32,000 nt of DNA from Thermosulfurimonas dismutans (GTDB taxonomy: Bacteria > Desulfobacterota > Thermodesulfobacteria > Thermodesulfobacteriales > Thermodesulfobacteriaceae): assembly GCF_001652585.1 (NCBI RefSeq), contig NZ_LWLG01000001.1, forward strand, positions 30,001 to 62,000, in the 5' to 3' direction. The position numbers were made by a program, and so were the translations under genes. Positions 1-9,372 of this stretch are shown here, piece after piece; positions within the stretch are counted from its first letter, which is position 1; every line of letters starts with the position of its first letter. The notes beneath the pieces are model-generated. The model had not been told where the DNA came from, did no database searches, and saw only the letters and a list, made by a program, of their open reading frames with translations.

Positions 1-907
1 AAACCTCTACAAGTTCCAGACCAAAACGTAGATCCGGACGATCAGTCCCATAACGGGAAAGGGCCTCCTCATAGGTGATTCTCGGAAAGGGTCTTTTCAG
101 TTCTACTCCCAAGGTTTCCCGAAAGATATAAACCATGAGCTCTTCCATTAGGCCCATCACGTCTTCCTCATCCACAAAGGACATCTCGAGATCAAGCTGG
201 GTGAACTCCGGTTGGCGATCGGCCCGCAGATCCTCGTCCCGGAAACAGCGCACGATCTGATAATATCTTTCCACTCCGGCTACCATGAGGATCTGTTTAA
301 ATAGCTGAGGTGACTGAGGAAGGGCATAGAACTTACCGGGATAGAGTCGGGAGGGCACTAGATAGTCCCTAGCCCCCTCCGGAGTGCTCTTGGTAAGGAA
401 AGGGGTCTCGATCTCGAGAAAACCCTGTTCGTTCAAGAACTGCCGAGCCAACTGGGCTACTCGATGACGAAAGATCAGGGGCTCGAGCCCTCCAGGGCGT
501 CGAAGGTCAAGATAGCGGTACTTGAGTCTCAAGGCCTCTGAGACCGGAACCTCCTCATCCAGAGGAAAAGGTGGGGTCTTAGAGGTATTGAGGACTTCAA
601 GTTCATGGGCCTCGACTTCGATCTCCCCGGTGGGGAGCTTAGGATTTTCCATGCCCTCCGGACGCCTTCTCACCCGACCTCTCACGGAGAGAACATATTC
701 CGGCTTCAAACTATGAGCCAATTCATGGGCCTCTGGGGCGGTCTTGGGTTCAAAGACCACCTGGACCACTCCGGATCGATCTCTGAGATCGATAAAGATC
801 ACTCCTCCATGATCCCTGCGTCTCAAGACCCAACCAGAAAGTATCACTTCCTCGCCAAGGTGATCTGTACACAAAATACCGCAAGGATGCGTGCGTTTGA
901 GCCCCAT
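1..907 (-). CDS. aspS: Aspartyl-tRNA synthetase, N-terminal ~302 codons (gene continues past the left window edge)
   Basis: Absent from the ORF track because the frame is open to position 1. Reverse-strand ATG at 907-905 is preceded by GGAGGTGA (rc of 911-918). Own translation: [52 protein letters not shown]... and later [52 protein letters not shown]. This is the OB-fold anticodon-binding domain plus class II motif region typical of bacterial AspRS. Confidence 0.9.
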   Translation of the reverse strand, partial: MGLKRTHPCGILCTDHLGEEVILSGWVLRRRDHGGVIFIDLRDRSGVVQVVFEPKTAPEAHELAHSLKPEYVLSVRGRVRRRPEGMENPKLPTGEIEVEAHELEVLNTSKTPPFPLDEEVPVSEALRLKYRYLDLRRPGGLEPLIFRHRVAQLARQFLNEQGFLEIETPFLTKSTPEGARDYLVPSRLYPGKFYALPQSPQLFKQILMVAGVERYYQIVRCFRDEDLRADRQPEFTQLDLEMSFVDEEDVMGLMEELMVYIFRETLGVELKRPFPRITYEEALSRYGTDRPDLRFGLELVEV

Positions 908-1021
908 TTTTCACCTCCCGTAAGTTCTTGCCAAGTAAACTCCACCCCTTCCCCTTCGTCAATCATCTATCGCAGGCCTTTCCCCTTGTCAAAGTTTATT
1001 AAGAAGGGTTTATTATCTTTT

Positions 1022-1555
1022 ATGAAAGAAAGACTTCTGGCCGGGGCGGAGGAGATAGAACGTACCCTCACCCGCCTTACCCATGAAATCATCGAAAAGA
1101 ATCGAGGCTGTCAAAACCTCATTCTGGTAGGTATCCGCACCGGTGGAGTCCCCATAGCCCGGAGAATTCAAAAAAAGATTGCCGAGATCGAAGGGATAAA
1201 GCTTCCCGTAGGAACTCTTGACATCAGTCTCTACCGGGATGACTGGAGCCGGATCTCCTTCCATCCGGAAGTCAAGAGCACCGAGATTCCGGTACCCATT
1301 GATGACATGGTAGTCATTCTAGTGGACGACGTTATTTTTACCGGTAGAACGGCTCGCGCAGCCCTGGATGCCCTCATGGACTTCGGTCGACCGCGACGGG
1401 TGGAACTGGCCGTCCTGGTAGATCGAGGTCACCGAGAACTACCCATCGAACCTAACTACGTGGGCTTCCGCATTCCCACACATCCCGAAGAACATGTAAA
1501 CGTGAGGTTGAAAGAGCTTGAAGGCCAAGACCTCATCGTTCTCGAAACCCCCTAG
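1022..1555 (+). CDS. pyrR: PyrR, pyrimidine operon regulatory protein / uracil phosphoribosyltransferase
   Basis: Internal ATG (1022) of track ORF 605..1555. The upstream part of that ORF is antisense to aspS. The protein starts MKERLLAGAEEIERTLTRLTHEIIEKN and contains the type I PRTase PRPP loop VVILVDDVIFTGRTARAA. At 177 aa, length and sequence are typical of PyrR. Confidence 0.9.
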   Translation: MKERLLAGAEEIERTLTRLTHEIIEKNRGCQNLILVGIRTGGVPIARRIQKKIAEIEGIKLPVGTLDISLYRDDWSRISFHPEVKSTEIPVPIDDMVVILVDDVIFTGRTARAALDALMDFGRPRRVELAVLVDRGHRELPIEPNYVGFRIPTHPEEHVNVRLKELEGQDLIVLETP

Positions 1556-1652
1556 ATATTTGCTACTTTTTTCACAAATAAAAGTTTCACTTGTCGACTT
1601 CCGGAAAAATGGAGTAAAATTAAAGTCTAATTCGTGAAAAGGAGAACAAGGA

Positions 1653-2957
1653 ATGATGACCCTTAAAGAAAAGGCCGCGCATGGGGAAATTTCGGAAGAA
1701 GTGCGGTTTTGTGCCGAACGAGAGGGGGTGTCTGCCGAAAGACTTTCGGAGGGGGTGGCCTCGGGACGGGTAGTCATACCGTGGAATCGAAAAAACCGAC
1801 TGGAAAAACCCTGCGCCATTGGTGAGGGCTTGAAAACCAAGATCAACGCCAATCTAGGGACCTCCAAGGATGCTCCGGATCCCGAAAAGGAGCTCGAGAA
1901 GCTTCGGGTGGCCTTAGAGGCCGGAGCGGACACCATTATGGACCTTTCCACCGGGGGTCCCATAGACGAGGTAAGAAAACTCATCCGAGAACACTGTCCG
2001 GTGCCTCTAGGGACAGTGCCCATCTATCAAGCGGCCGTGGAGGCCGTAGAGGTCAAACACAAGGCCATTGTGGAGATGACGGTGGACGAGATCTTTTCAG
2101 CCATCCTGAAACACGCTGAAGACGGCGTGGATTTCATGACCGTTCACTGCGGCATTACCCGTGAGGTCCTTACCCGGCTGGAAAACAAGGAACGGGTCCT
2201 GGGAGTGGTCTCCCGGGGCGGTTCCTTCATCATTGAATGGATGATCTATAATAACAAGGAAAATCCTCTTTACGAAAACTTCGATCGTCTGCTTGAGATC
2301 GCTCGCGAATACGAAGTGACCCTTTCCCTAGGGGATGGTATTCGACCAGGGTGTCTCGCGGACGCCACCGACGGCCCTCAGATTCAGGAACTCATCATCT
2401 TGGGGGAACTTACCCAACGGGCCTGGGAGGCTGGCGTCCAGGTGATGATCGAAGGGCCGGGGCATGTACCTCTTAACCAAATCGAGGCCAACATTAAGCT
2501 TGAAAAGCGCCTTTGTCACGGAGCCCCTTTTTATGTCTTAGGGCCCCTTCCCACGGATATTGCCCCGGGATATGACCACATCGTGGGGGCCATCGGAGGG
2601 GCCATAGCCGCAGCCGCAGGAGCCGACTTCCTCTGCTATGTTACTCCAGCCGAACACTTGCGATTGCCATCGGTAGAAGACGTCAAGGAAGGGGTAATCG
2701 CCTCGAAGATTGCGGCTCATGTAGCCGACATCGCCAAGGGAATTCCTGGGGCCTTCGAAAAGGATCTGGCCATGGCTCGAGCCCGGGCGGCCCTCGACTG
2801 GGAGGCCCAGATAAAACTATCGCTCGATCCCGAGAAGGCTAGACGTTATCGCATAGAAGGCGGAGCTTCGAAAAGTAAGGCCTGTACCATGTGTGGTGAA
2901 TACTGTGCCATAAAAGTCTTTTCAAGAGCTCAAAAAATCTTAAAAGGACGCTCCTAA
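1653..2957 (+). CDS. thiC: Phosphomethylpyrimidine synthase ThiC (short ~434-aa form)
   Basis: Track ORF with SD AAAGGAGAA upstream. Typical ThiC blocks are present: GLKTKINANLGTS, DTIMDLSTGG, MTVHCG, GIVSRGGS-like VVSRGGS, and a C-terminal cysteine cluster CTMCGEYC for the Fe-S centre. Confidence 0.92.
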   Translation: MMTLKEKAAHGEISEEVRFCAEREGVSAERLSEGVASGRVVIPWNRKNRLEKPCAIGEGLKTKINANLGTSKDAPDPEKELEKLRVALEAGADTIMDLSTGGPIDEVRKLIREHCPVPLGTVPIYQAAVEAVEVKHKAIVEMTVDEIFSAILKHAEDGVDFMTVHCGITREVLTRLENKERVLGVVSRGGSFIIEWMIYNNKENPLYENFDRLLEIAREYEVTLSLGDGIRPGCLADATDGPQIQELIILGELTQRAWEAGVQVMIEGPGHVPLNQIEANIKLEKRLCHGAPFYVLGPLPTDIAPGYDHIVGAIGGAIAAAAGADFLCYVTPAEHLRLPSVEDVKEGVIASKIAAHVADIAKGIPGAFEKDLAMARARAALDWEAQIKLSLDPEKARRYRIEGGASKSKACTMCGEYCAIKVFSRAQKILKGRS

Positions 2958-3025
2958 AAGGCCTTTTCCTGGCAAGATCTTAACAACCTTGACTTATCAG
3001 GAAAGATTGTTTTTAATTAAAATAT

Positions 3026-3039
3026 ACCGAACGGTCGGT
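3026..3039. promoter_or_regulatory. 14-bp near-palindrome ACCGAACGGTCGGT, candidate TetR operator
   Basis: The inverted repeat ACCGA/TCGGT with a 4-nt centre lies 7 nt upstream of the TetR start codon, in the 89-bp gap after thiC. The operator role is inference only. Confidence 0.3.
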
Positions 3040-3046
3040 TTAGAAA

Positions 3047-3637
3047 ATGCGAGGCCAAGCCACCCGAAAAAAGATCCTTGAAAAAACTCTCAAGCTCTTT
3101 CAAGAAAAGGGTATTCTTGAGACTAGCATTTCGGACATCGAAAAACAGGTCGGGATAAGCAAAGGCAGCCTCTACTTCCACTTCCCTAGCAAAGAGGCCT
3201 TGGCTCTGGAAACCCTCAAAAAAGCCCGACAAGATTTCCGACTATTTCTTTCTACGGCCTTTTCTGAGGGCTTACCCCGAGAGGCCCTCAAACGGTTTCT
3301 TGAAATGGTCTACCAGAAGCTTAAGACCGAAGGCTTTCGCACAGGATGTCTTTTTGGAAACACGGCCCTTGAGATGGCCAATCGCGAGGGCCCCCTTCGG
3401 GACTTGATCGCGGAAACCTTTGAAGAATGGCAAGAGGAACTCGCCAAAGTGCTTTCAAAAGCCCAAAAGAAAGGCTGTTTGTGTGAGGAGATAAAAGCCG
3501 AAGATCTGGCCCTTTTCATCATAGCCGTCCTTGAAGGGGCCATCCTCCTTTCCAAACTCCAAAAAAGTGGCCAGCCTTTAATTCGGACCTTCGAAATTTT
3601 AGAAAAACTCATACCTTTCAAGGAGAACAAATCATGA
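3047..3637 (+). CDS. TetR/AcrR family transcriptional regulator
   Basis: The N-terminal HTH is typical of TetR: KKILEKTLKLFQEKGILETSISDIEKQVGISKGSLYFHFPSKEAL. The protein is 196 aa. Its stop overlaps the next start (ATGA at 3634-3637). Confidence 0.85.
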   Translation: MRGQATRKKILEKTLKLFQEKGILETSISDIEKQVGISKGSLYFHFPSKEALALETLKKARQDFRLFLSTAFSEGLPREALKRFLEMVYQKLKTEGFRTGCLFGNTALEMANREGPLRDLIAETFEEWQEELAKVLSKAQKKGCLCEEIKAEDLALFIIAVLEGAILLSKLQKSGQPLIRTFEILEKLIPFKENKS

Positions 3638-4008
3638 AAAAACTTCTAGTTTGGGGGCTTCTGATGTTTGGTCTTACGGCTTGTAGTGGCAAGGGAGTTT
3701 ATCTTTACGACAACAAAGACTGCCCTTACGGAGGTCCAGATCGTCCCTGGCTGATTATCGGAGCCAAGGGAGCAGGGTCTAAGGAACTAGAGAGGAAGTT
3801 ATGCACGGAAGGCGAACTCAGGATCATGCTCAGAGAAGCTCGTCTACCGGCCAAGGAAAGCGAAGGCCTTTTCTCGGCCGCCTGTGGAAAGGAGGCCTCG
3901 GCCGAAAAATTCCTTGAGATCTACTACCAGCTTTCGAATGATTCCCGCGAACGCCTGAAGAAAGCCTTTGAAAGACACGGCTACAGTCTAAATGACTACG
4001 GATGCTGA
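3634..4008 (+). CDS. Small lipoprotein, paralogue A (unknown function)
   Basis: Signal peptide plus lipobox MKKLLVWGLLMFGLTAC. Clear paralogue of the next ORF, sharing RPW-IG, KLC, AACGKE, YY-L, HGY-LN and a terminal Cys. Confidence 0.7.
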   Translation: MKKLLVWGLLMFGLTACSGKGVYLYDNKDCPYGGPDRPWLIIGAKGAGSKELERKLCTEGELRIMLREARLPAKESEGLFSAACGKEASAEKFLEIYYQLSNDSRERLKKAFERHGYSLNDYGC

Positions 4009-4020
4009 AGGAGGCTTACC

Positions 4021-4404
4021 ATGAAAAGACTTTTGGTGCTTTTAGGAGGGATCTTCATTCTGGCCCTAGCCTGTGCTCCCAAGGCCCTCTACCTTCTCGA
4101 TGTCACCGAGCCTATCATCCCACCGGATTCTCCCCAGCGCCCCTGGATCATGATCGGAAGCCGTAACTGGGGGTCTAGTAAGCTCTATCGCAAGCTCTGT
4201 ATTAAAGGCGAATTCAGACAAATTTTGGCCAAGACCCACCTCCCGAAAAAGGATCAAAAGACTCTTTGGGAGGCTGCCTGCGGTAAAGAGAGCTCTAGTG
4301 CAGACTTTGTGAAGGCCTATTATTCTCTGGACGAAGGACTTCGCATAAATCTCCGCGAAACCCTCGAAAACCACGGCTATATTTTGAACGAATTCCCTTG
4401 CTGA
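4021..4404 (+). CDS. Small lipoprotein, paralogue B (unknown function)
   Basis: Signal peptide plus lipobox MKRLLVLLGGIFILALAC, with SD GAAGGAGG upstream. Aligns along its full length with ORF 3634..4008. Confidence 0.7.
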   Translation: MKRLLVLLGGIFILALACAPKALYLLDVTEPIIPPDSPQRPWIMIGSRNWGSSKLYRKLCIKGEFRQILAKTHLPKKDQKTLWEAACGKESSSADFVKAYYSLDEGLRINLRETLENHGYILNEFPC

Positions 4405-4416
4405 GGATAGCCCTCT

Positions 4417-4435
4417 GGCCCGCCGTGAGCGGGTC
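4417..4435 (+). terminator. Possible intrinsic terminator hairpin after the lipoprotein pair
   Basis: GGCCCGC-cgtga-GCGGGTC forms a 7-bp stem including one G-T pair. It starts 13 nt after the stop at 4404. The tail TCTTGAAAAATT is only weakly T-rich. Confidence 0.3.
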
Positions 4436-4504
4436 TCTTGAAAAATTCCAAAGGTTATTTATATTGGCCGCCCAAAGACTTCCCAAAAAAAGGAAAAATT
4501 TGTT

Positions 4505-5293
4505 ATGGATTTGGAGTTTCTCAGGGGGGCGGCGGAAAAGGCAGCTCGAAGGGCCGGGGAATTCCTAAGAGAAAACCTTTTCCGACCCCATAGGATCTCT
4601 CACAAGGGAAAGATCGACCTAGTTACCGAAGCCGATCCCGAAGCTGAAAGGCTTATCCTTGGGGTCTTAAAGGAGGAAACCCCGGAAATTCCTGTACTCG
4701 GGGAAGAACTCTCCAAAATCGAACCTCAGGGGCTCTACTGGCTGGTAGATCCTCTGGATGGCACCACCAATTACGCCCACGGTTTCCCTTGGTTCGGGGT
4801 CTCGGTGGCCTTGATGAAAGATGATCTGCCCCTTGTCGGAGTCATTTACCATCCCATGCAGGAGGAAATGTTTTCCGCATCTAGGGGTAAAGGAGCTTTC
4901 CTAAACGGCACTCCTATTAGGGTCTCTGAAACCGAAGATCCGGAGAAAGCCCTCTTGGCTACGGGTTTCCCTTACAACATTCATGAAAAGCCGGAAAAAG
5001 TGACCTCCGCTTTCAAGGAATTCCTTACCAAAGTTCAAGGGATCCGACGGGCCGGAGCAGCTTCTCTCGATCTAGCCTATGTGGCCTGCGGTCGTTTTGA
5101 TGGCTTCTGGGAAGCCCTACTCAAACCTTGGGACACCGCCGCCGGTATACTTTTAGTAGAAGAAGCCGGAGGACAAGTGACCAATTATCTAGGAGAGGCT
5201 TATACCCCCTTTCAGAAACACCTCGTAGCCACTAATGGGAAAATTCACGAATTTATGCTTAAAATAACTTTCAAGTATCTACCAGAAGAATGA
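4505..5293 (+). CDS. suhB: Inositol monophosphatase family protein (SuhB-like)
   Basis: IMPase signature motifs are present: GEE(LS), [25 protein letters not shown] and [15 protein letters not shown]. Confidence 0.85.
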   Translation: MDLEFLRGAAEKAARRAGEFLRENLFRPHRISHKGKIDLVTEADPEAERLILGVLKEETPEIPVLGEELSKIEPQGLYWLVDPLDGTTNYAHGFPWFGVSVALMKDDLPLVGVIYHPMQEEMFSASRGKGAFLNGTPIRVSETEDPEKALLATGFPYNIHEKPEKVTSAFKEFLTKVQGIRRAGAASLDLAYVACGRFDGFWEALLKPWDTAAGILLVEEAGGQVTNYLGEAYTPFQKHLVATNGKIHEFMLKITFKYLPEE

Positions 5294-5784
5294 AAAGTCA
5301 TTTTATTTGTCCTTACTGTGGAAAAGAAATTGAAAAGTACCGTAATCCTTTCCTCACGGTAGACATTATTATTGAGACCCCAGGCGGGATTATACTCATA
5401 AAGCGCAAAAATCCTCCTTACGGCTGGGCCCTTCCCGGGGGCTTTGTGGACTACGGAGAAAGTTTGGAGGAAGCCGCCGTGAGAGAAGCCAAAGAAGAAA
5501 CCGGGCTTGAGGTGGAACTTCTCTGTCAGCTCTATACCTATTCTCGCCCCGGACGAGACCCCCGGTTTCATACCATCACCACGGTATATGTAGCTCGAGC
5601 CGAAGGCCATCCTAAGGGAGGAGACGACGCCGCAGAGGCCAAGGTTTTTTCTGAGAAAGAGATCCCCTGGGGAGAATTGGCCTTTGATCATGCGGAAATC
5701 CTAAAGGATTATTTTGAGGTGAAAAATGTTAAAGAATCTCATTCAGGAACTACCCACCAAACCAAACTTCCTCGTTGTAGATGA
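5290..5784 (+). CDS. NUDIX hydrolase with N-terminal CxxC element
   Basis: Nudix box [28 protein letters not shown]-terminal CPYCGKE. The start overlaps the upstream stop (ATGA). Confidence 0.85.
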   Translation: MKSHFICPYCGKEIEKYRNPFLTVDIIIETPGGIILIKRKNPPYGWALPGGFVDYGESLEEAAVREAKEETGLEVELLCQLYTYSRPGRDPRFHTITTVYVARAEGHPKGGDDAAEAKVFSEKEIPWGELAFDHAEILKDYFEVKNVKESHSGTTHQTKLPRCR

Positions 5785-6649
5785 TGAAGAAGAACTGCGA
5801 TATCTCTTAAAAGAGTTCCTTAAGACCTACAATCTCCAAGTAGAAGAGGCCGATTCTGGAAAGAAAGCCCTTGAGATCTTTGAAGAAAAAGGACCTTTTA
5901 CCATTCTTATTACGGACATAGTAATGCCAGGGGGAGACGGGTTAACTCTTATTCGCAAAATCAAGGAGATCTCTCCTGAGACCATGATTCTTGCCATGAC
6001 TGGTTATGCCCGCAATTATGGGTATGTGGACGTCGTAGCCGCCGGAGCCGATGACCTCATCCAAAAACCATTCTCACTTGAAGAATTTGAAGCCCGCCTA
6101 GCCAGAATTATAAAAGAATGGATCTTAAAGGAAAAGCTCAAGGCCCTTTCAATTCGAGACGCCTTAACAGAAATCTTCAATCGTCGACATTTCGAGGAAC
6201 GCCTCCAGGAAGAAACCCATCGGGCCCTTAGGCAAGGCTATCCCCTTTGTCTTTTCATGATAGACGTAGATCACTTTAAGCTCTATAACGATACTCGGGG
6301 ACACCGGGAAGGAGACATCCTTTTAAAGTCTCTCGCAGACATCCTTTGCCGCTGCACTCGAGAGAAGGTGGACCAACCATTCCGTTACGGAGGGGACGAA
6401 TTCGTTGTCCTCCTCCCTCATACGGATCTTGAAGGGGCCTTAAAGGTAGCTCAGCGGATCCTCAATACTTACAGGGAACGAGGCTTTAATCCGACAACCT
6501 TATCTATAGGCATCGCCAAGCTCATTCCTCGAGAATCTGCCCGTAAGAGCGCAGACGATCTGGTTAGGCGGGCGGATGAAGCCATGTATCGGGCCAAAAA
6601 TAGCGGCGGAAATCAGATTGAGATAGACCCCGAAAGCAAGAAAGTTTAA
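5726..6649 (+). CDS. Response regulator: receiver domain + GGDEF diguanylate cyclase
   Basis: The REC domain shows VVDDEEE...[12 protein letters not shown]...K. The GGDEF domain shows [22 protein letters not shown] and the active site [19 protein letters not shown] lies before the ATG at 5726. Confidence 0.88.
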   Translation: MLKNLIQELPTKPNFLVVDDEEELRYLLKEFLKTYNLQVEEADSGKKALEIFEEKGPFTILITDIVMPGGDGLTLIRKIKEISPETMILAMTGYARNYGYVDVVAAGADDLIQKPFSLEEFEARLARIIKEWILKEKLKALSIRDALTEIFNRRHFEERLQEETHRALRQGYPLCLFMIDVDHFKLYNDTRGHREGDILLKSLADILCRCTREKVDQPFRYGGDEFVVLLPHTDLEGALKVAQRILNTYRERGFNPTTLSIGIAKLIPRESARKSADDLVRRADEAMYRAKNSGGNQIEIDPESKKV

Positions 6650-8637
6650 GCTAGAGCCAGTTTAAGAACATCCAGACGAGGATTGACCCTCTGTACTAGG
6701 ACTTTTATCTCTTCTCCGGTCCGTATGGTTCTACCGGGTGGTAGTTGTAATTCCACGGGCAACATAAAATCCGGAAGGAGTACCCGGGCTCGTCTCTCGC
6801 CGGACTCGAGCACCAAGGCGGCAATCCTTCGTCCTTGGTAGTGATGTTTAATATACTTCAAGAGCCAGTACCGATGTGTACGAACTTTGACCTGATTGGT
6901 GGCCGCTTGTCTCTCTTCGATCTCGGGCAGGAGCTGTTCCAGCTCTTCGGTGGTGAAAGGAGTTTCTTGGCCTGAAAGATACGCTACCAGCTGGTGCTGC
7001 ACTAGGAGGTCCGTAAATCGCCTTATAGGAGAGGTCACGGTAGTATAGGCCGGAAGCCCGACGCCATGATGAAACTCAGGCGTTAACCCTTGTTCCCCTC
7101 GTACAAGATAACGGAGCTGGAGGAAGGCTTTGACCAAATCCTCCTCACCAGGTTCAATGATCCTTTCAAGGGGTTCCTTCTGAAAACGATAAATAGCGGG
7201 GATGCGGTGTTCTTTCAAAAATTCGGCTGCTACGAAATTGGCGGCTATCATGAATTCGGCCACCATCAACCTTGCCGGAGTAAACTCAAGCCTTTCAAGT
7301 TCGACCTCTCCTGAACTCTTCACCTTGAGGACTATCTCCGGAAGGGTCACTGCAAGGGCTCCTCTCTGCCACCGACCTTTTTGAAATTTCTGGGCCAGCC
7401 GGAAAAGGGCCGTAAAAAAGGGGTCTCCTTCCACTAGGAAACGATCCACTTCTTCATAGGTGAGACGTCTAGCCACTTTTATCCGCGAAAGCGTAATACG
7501 AGACTCAAGGATCTCTCCTTCAGGAGAAAAGGTTATAAGAAAAGAGACCGCAGGCCGCACTTCCCCGGCCCGAAGACTTAACCTCTCTTCCGAAAGAGCC
7601 GGAGGAAGCATAGGGATGATTCTCTCAGGGAGATATAGAGTAACTATTCTCCTCAAGGCTTCCCGAAAGGCTTCGGAATCATGAGGTACCACCGAGGAGA
7701 CATCCGTAATGTGTACCCCTACTAGATAACGATCACCGAGGTCTTCAAAATGCAGGGCGTCATCAAAGTCTCGAGTCTCGGCCGCATCAATCGTGAAGGT
7801 CTCAAGTGAAGTGAAATCTTCTCTTTCAACCGGTCTTTCTTCAAGTTGTTCAATCTCTTGGAGTACCTTCTCTGGAAATTCAATCGGAATCCGAAAACGT
7901 AGAAGTTCTAAATTCTCATCTTCGTGGAAGACTCCGGCCTTGACGAGCAACCGAAAGGGGGTCTCCGGTCCTGTGGCCCTAAGCCTGGAGAGCACCTCTT
8001 TGACCTCTTTAACCCGGGGGGTTTCGTTGCCGAAAAGACAAAGATCCTTCAGCGCAGAAAGAAAGTGTTCCCGGATCTCTTCCGGAATATCCTCGGTCTT
8101 TTCTCCTTGCATGAGTTTAGAAATAAAAATCTCGCCTTGAGAAAGGCGCCTTAACCTCTCCTCCTCCCGCTGCTTGGCCAGCCGAAGCTTTTCCACCTCC
8201 TCTCGGCTGTGGACGACAATCCGATCTTCTCGCAGACGAAAATAGAGACGGTCCTCAAGCACGGCCCTTATCAGGGCCGCAGCCTCATCATCCGCTGCCG
8301 AACTTCCGAAGTAGATCTCCGAGAGTTCGTAGGGGTCAAAACTCTCGGCCTCGTCCACCACCAGTTCCCATAGTTCGGGAAGATCGACCTCACCCTTTAA
8401 GGCCTCGCGCCGGGCCTCTTTTTCGGAAAGAAGCTCAAGCATTTCGTTTCGAGAAAGCCCACGGTAAACCTTACGTGAAATAAGTAAGGTCTGACCAGAG
8501 GATACGGTGGTCTCCTTACCGGTGGGTATAATAACTCTTAGACGCTTACCCTTAGTCCCCAGAACGTAAGCCGTATAAGGGCGCCGGTGCTCCACGATTT
8601 CGGCCAGACGCCCCGAAACCTCATTTTCCTTCTCCAT
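6646..8637 (-). CDS. RNB-domain 3'-5' exoribonuclease (RNase II/R family)
   Basis: RNB motifs are present: TIDAAETRDFDDALHFE, HITDVS and VTSPIRRFTDLLVQHQL. The C-terminal region is S1-like. 663 aa. Confidence 0.85.
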   Translation of the reverse strand: MEKENEVSGRLAEIVEHRRPYTAYVLGTKGKRLRVIIPTGKETTVSSGQTLLISRKVYRGLSRNEMLELLSEKEARREALKGEVDLPELWELVVDEAESFDPYELSEIYFGSSAADDEAAALIRAVLEDRLYFRLREDRIVVHSREEVEKLRLAKQREEERLRRLSQGEIFISKLMQGEKTEDIPEEIREHFLSALKDLCLFGNETPRVKEVKEVLSRLRATGPETPFRLLVKAGVFHEDENLELLRFRIPIEFPEKVLQEIEQLEERPVEREDFTSLETFTIDAAETRDFDDALHFEDLGDRYLVGVHITDVSSVVPHDSEAFREALRRIVTLYLPERIIPMLPPALSEERLSLRAGEVRPAVSFLITFSPEGEILESRITLSRIKVARRLTYEEVDRFLVEGDPFFTALFRLAQKFQKGRWQRGALAVTLPEIVLKVKSSGEVELERLEFTPARLMVAEFMIAANFVAAEFLKEHRIPAIYRFQKEPLERIIEPGEEDLVKAFLQLRYLVRGEQGLTPEFHHGVGLPAYTTVTSPIRRFTDLLVQHQLVAYLSGQETPFTTEELEQLLPEIEERQAATNQVKVRTHRYWLLKYIKHHYQGRRIAALVLESGERRARVLLPDFMLPVELQLPPGRTIRTGEEIKVLVQRVNPRLDVLKLALA

Positions 8638-8643
8638 GGTCTC

Positions 8644-9372
8644 TTATCCGCGGGCGATTCTCAGGGCTTCACGCAAATCAAGGGTCCCTTCGTACAGGGC
8701 TCGGCCCACGATGACCCCAAAAAGTCCCATTTCTTCAAGGGGCTTGAGCCTCCGGATGTCCTCGATAGTAGCGACCCCACCGGCCAATACCACCGGGAGA
8801 CTAACTACCGAAAGGAGTTTTTCGAGTCTTTCTGTGTACACTCCTTCCTGGGTGCCATCGCGTTCGATCTCGGTAAAGATCAAGCCTGCCACCCCACTGT
8901 CCTCGAGCTTTTGGGCCAGTTCGAGATAGTGTAGATCTTCGGCCTCGGTCCATCCGGAAACCGCCACCCTTTCTCCCCGCACGTCCAGGCTCACCAGGAT
9001 CCCCCCCGGAAAGCGGCTTGCGGCCTCACGGACGAGCTCCGGATTCCGGCAGGCGACGGTACCTAGGATCACCTGATGGACTCCGCAGGAAAGGTATCGC
9101 TCGATGGTCTCCAAATCCCGGATACCTCCTCCGACCTCCACCGGAATATTTACAGCCTTAGCTATCTCGACTACTAGATCGAAGTGGACGGCTCGTCCTT
9201 CCTTAGCTCCAGAAAGATCCACCACATGGAGTTTTTCCGCACCTTCAGCCACAAAACGGCGGGCCTGACTAACAGGGTCATCGCCATAGATCGTAACTCG
9301 GCCGTAATCTCCTTGATAGAGCCGCACGCATTTACCATCTTTGAGATCAATGGCCGGAATAACAAGCATCAT
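8644..9372 (-). CDS. hisA: HisA, ProFAR isomerase
   Basis: MMLVIPAIDLKDGKCVRLYQGDY...HVVDLSGAKEG...GGGIRD...ALYEG is the canonical HisA TIM-barrel sequence. Confidence 0.9.
   Translation of the reverse strand: MMLVIPAIDLKDGKCVRLYQGDYGRVTIYGDDPVSQARRFVAEGAEKLHVVDLSGAKEGRAVHFDLVVEIAKAVNIPVEVGGGIRDLETIERYLSCGVHQVILGTVACRNPELVREAASRFPGGILVSLDVRGERVAVSGWTEAEDLHYLELAQKLEDSGVAGLIFTEIERDGTQEGVYTERLEKLLSVVSLPVVLAGGVATIEDIRRLKPLEEMGLFGVIVGRALYEGTLDLREALRIARG

Noticed and set aside
605-1021. 5' extension of track ORF 605..1555 (316 aa)
   Set aside because: This part is antisense to the well-supported aspS coding region and has no PyrR homology. PyrR begins at the internal ATG at 1022.
1556-1652. TPP riboswitch upstream of thiC
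   Set aside because: It is expected by precedent. The 97-nt leader lacks the conserved CUGAGA / ACCUGAUCUGGAUAAUGCCAGCG-type elements and is too short. An Rfam scan would settle it.
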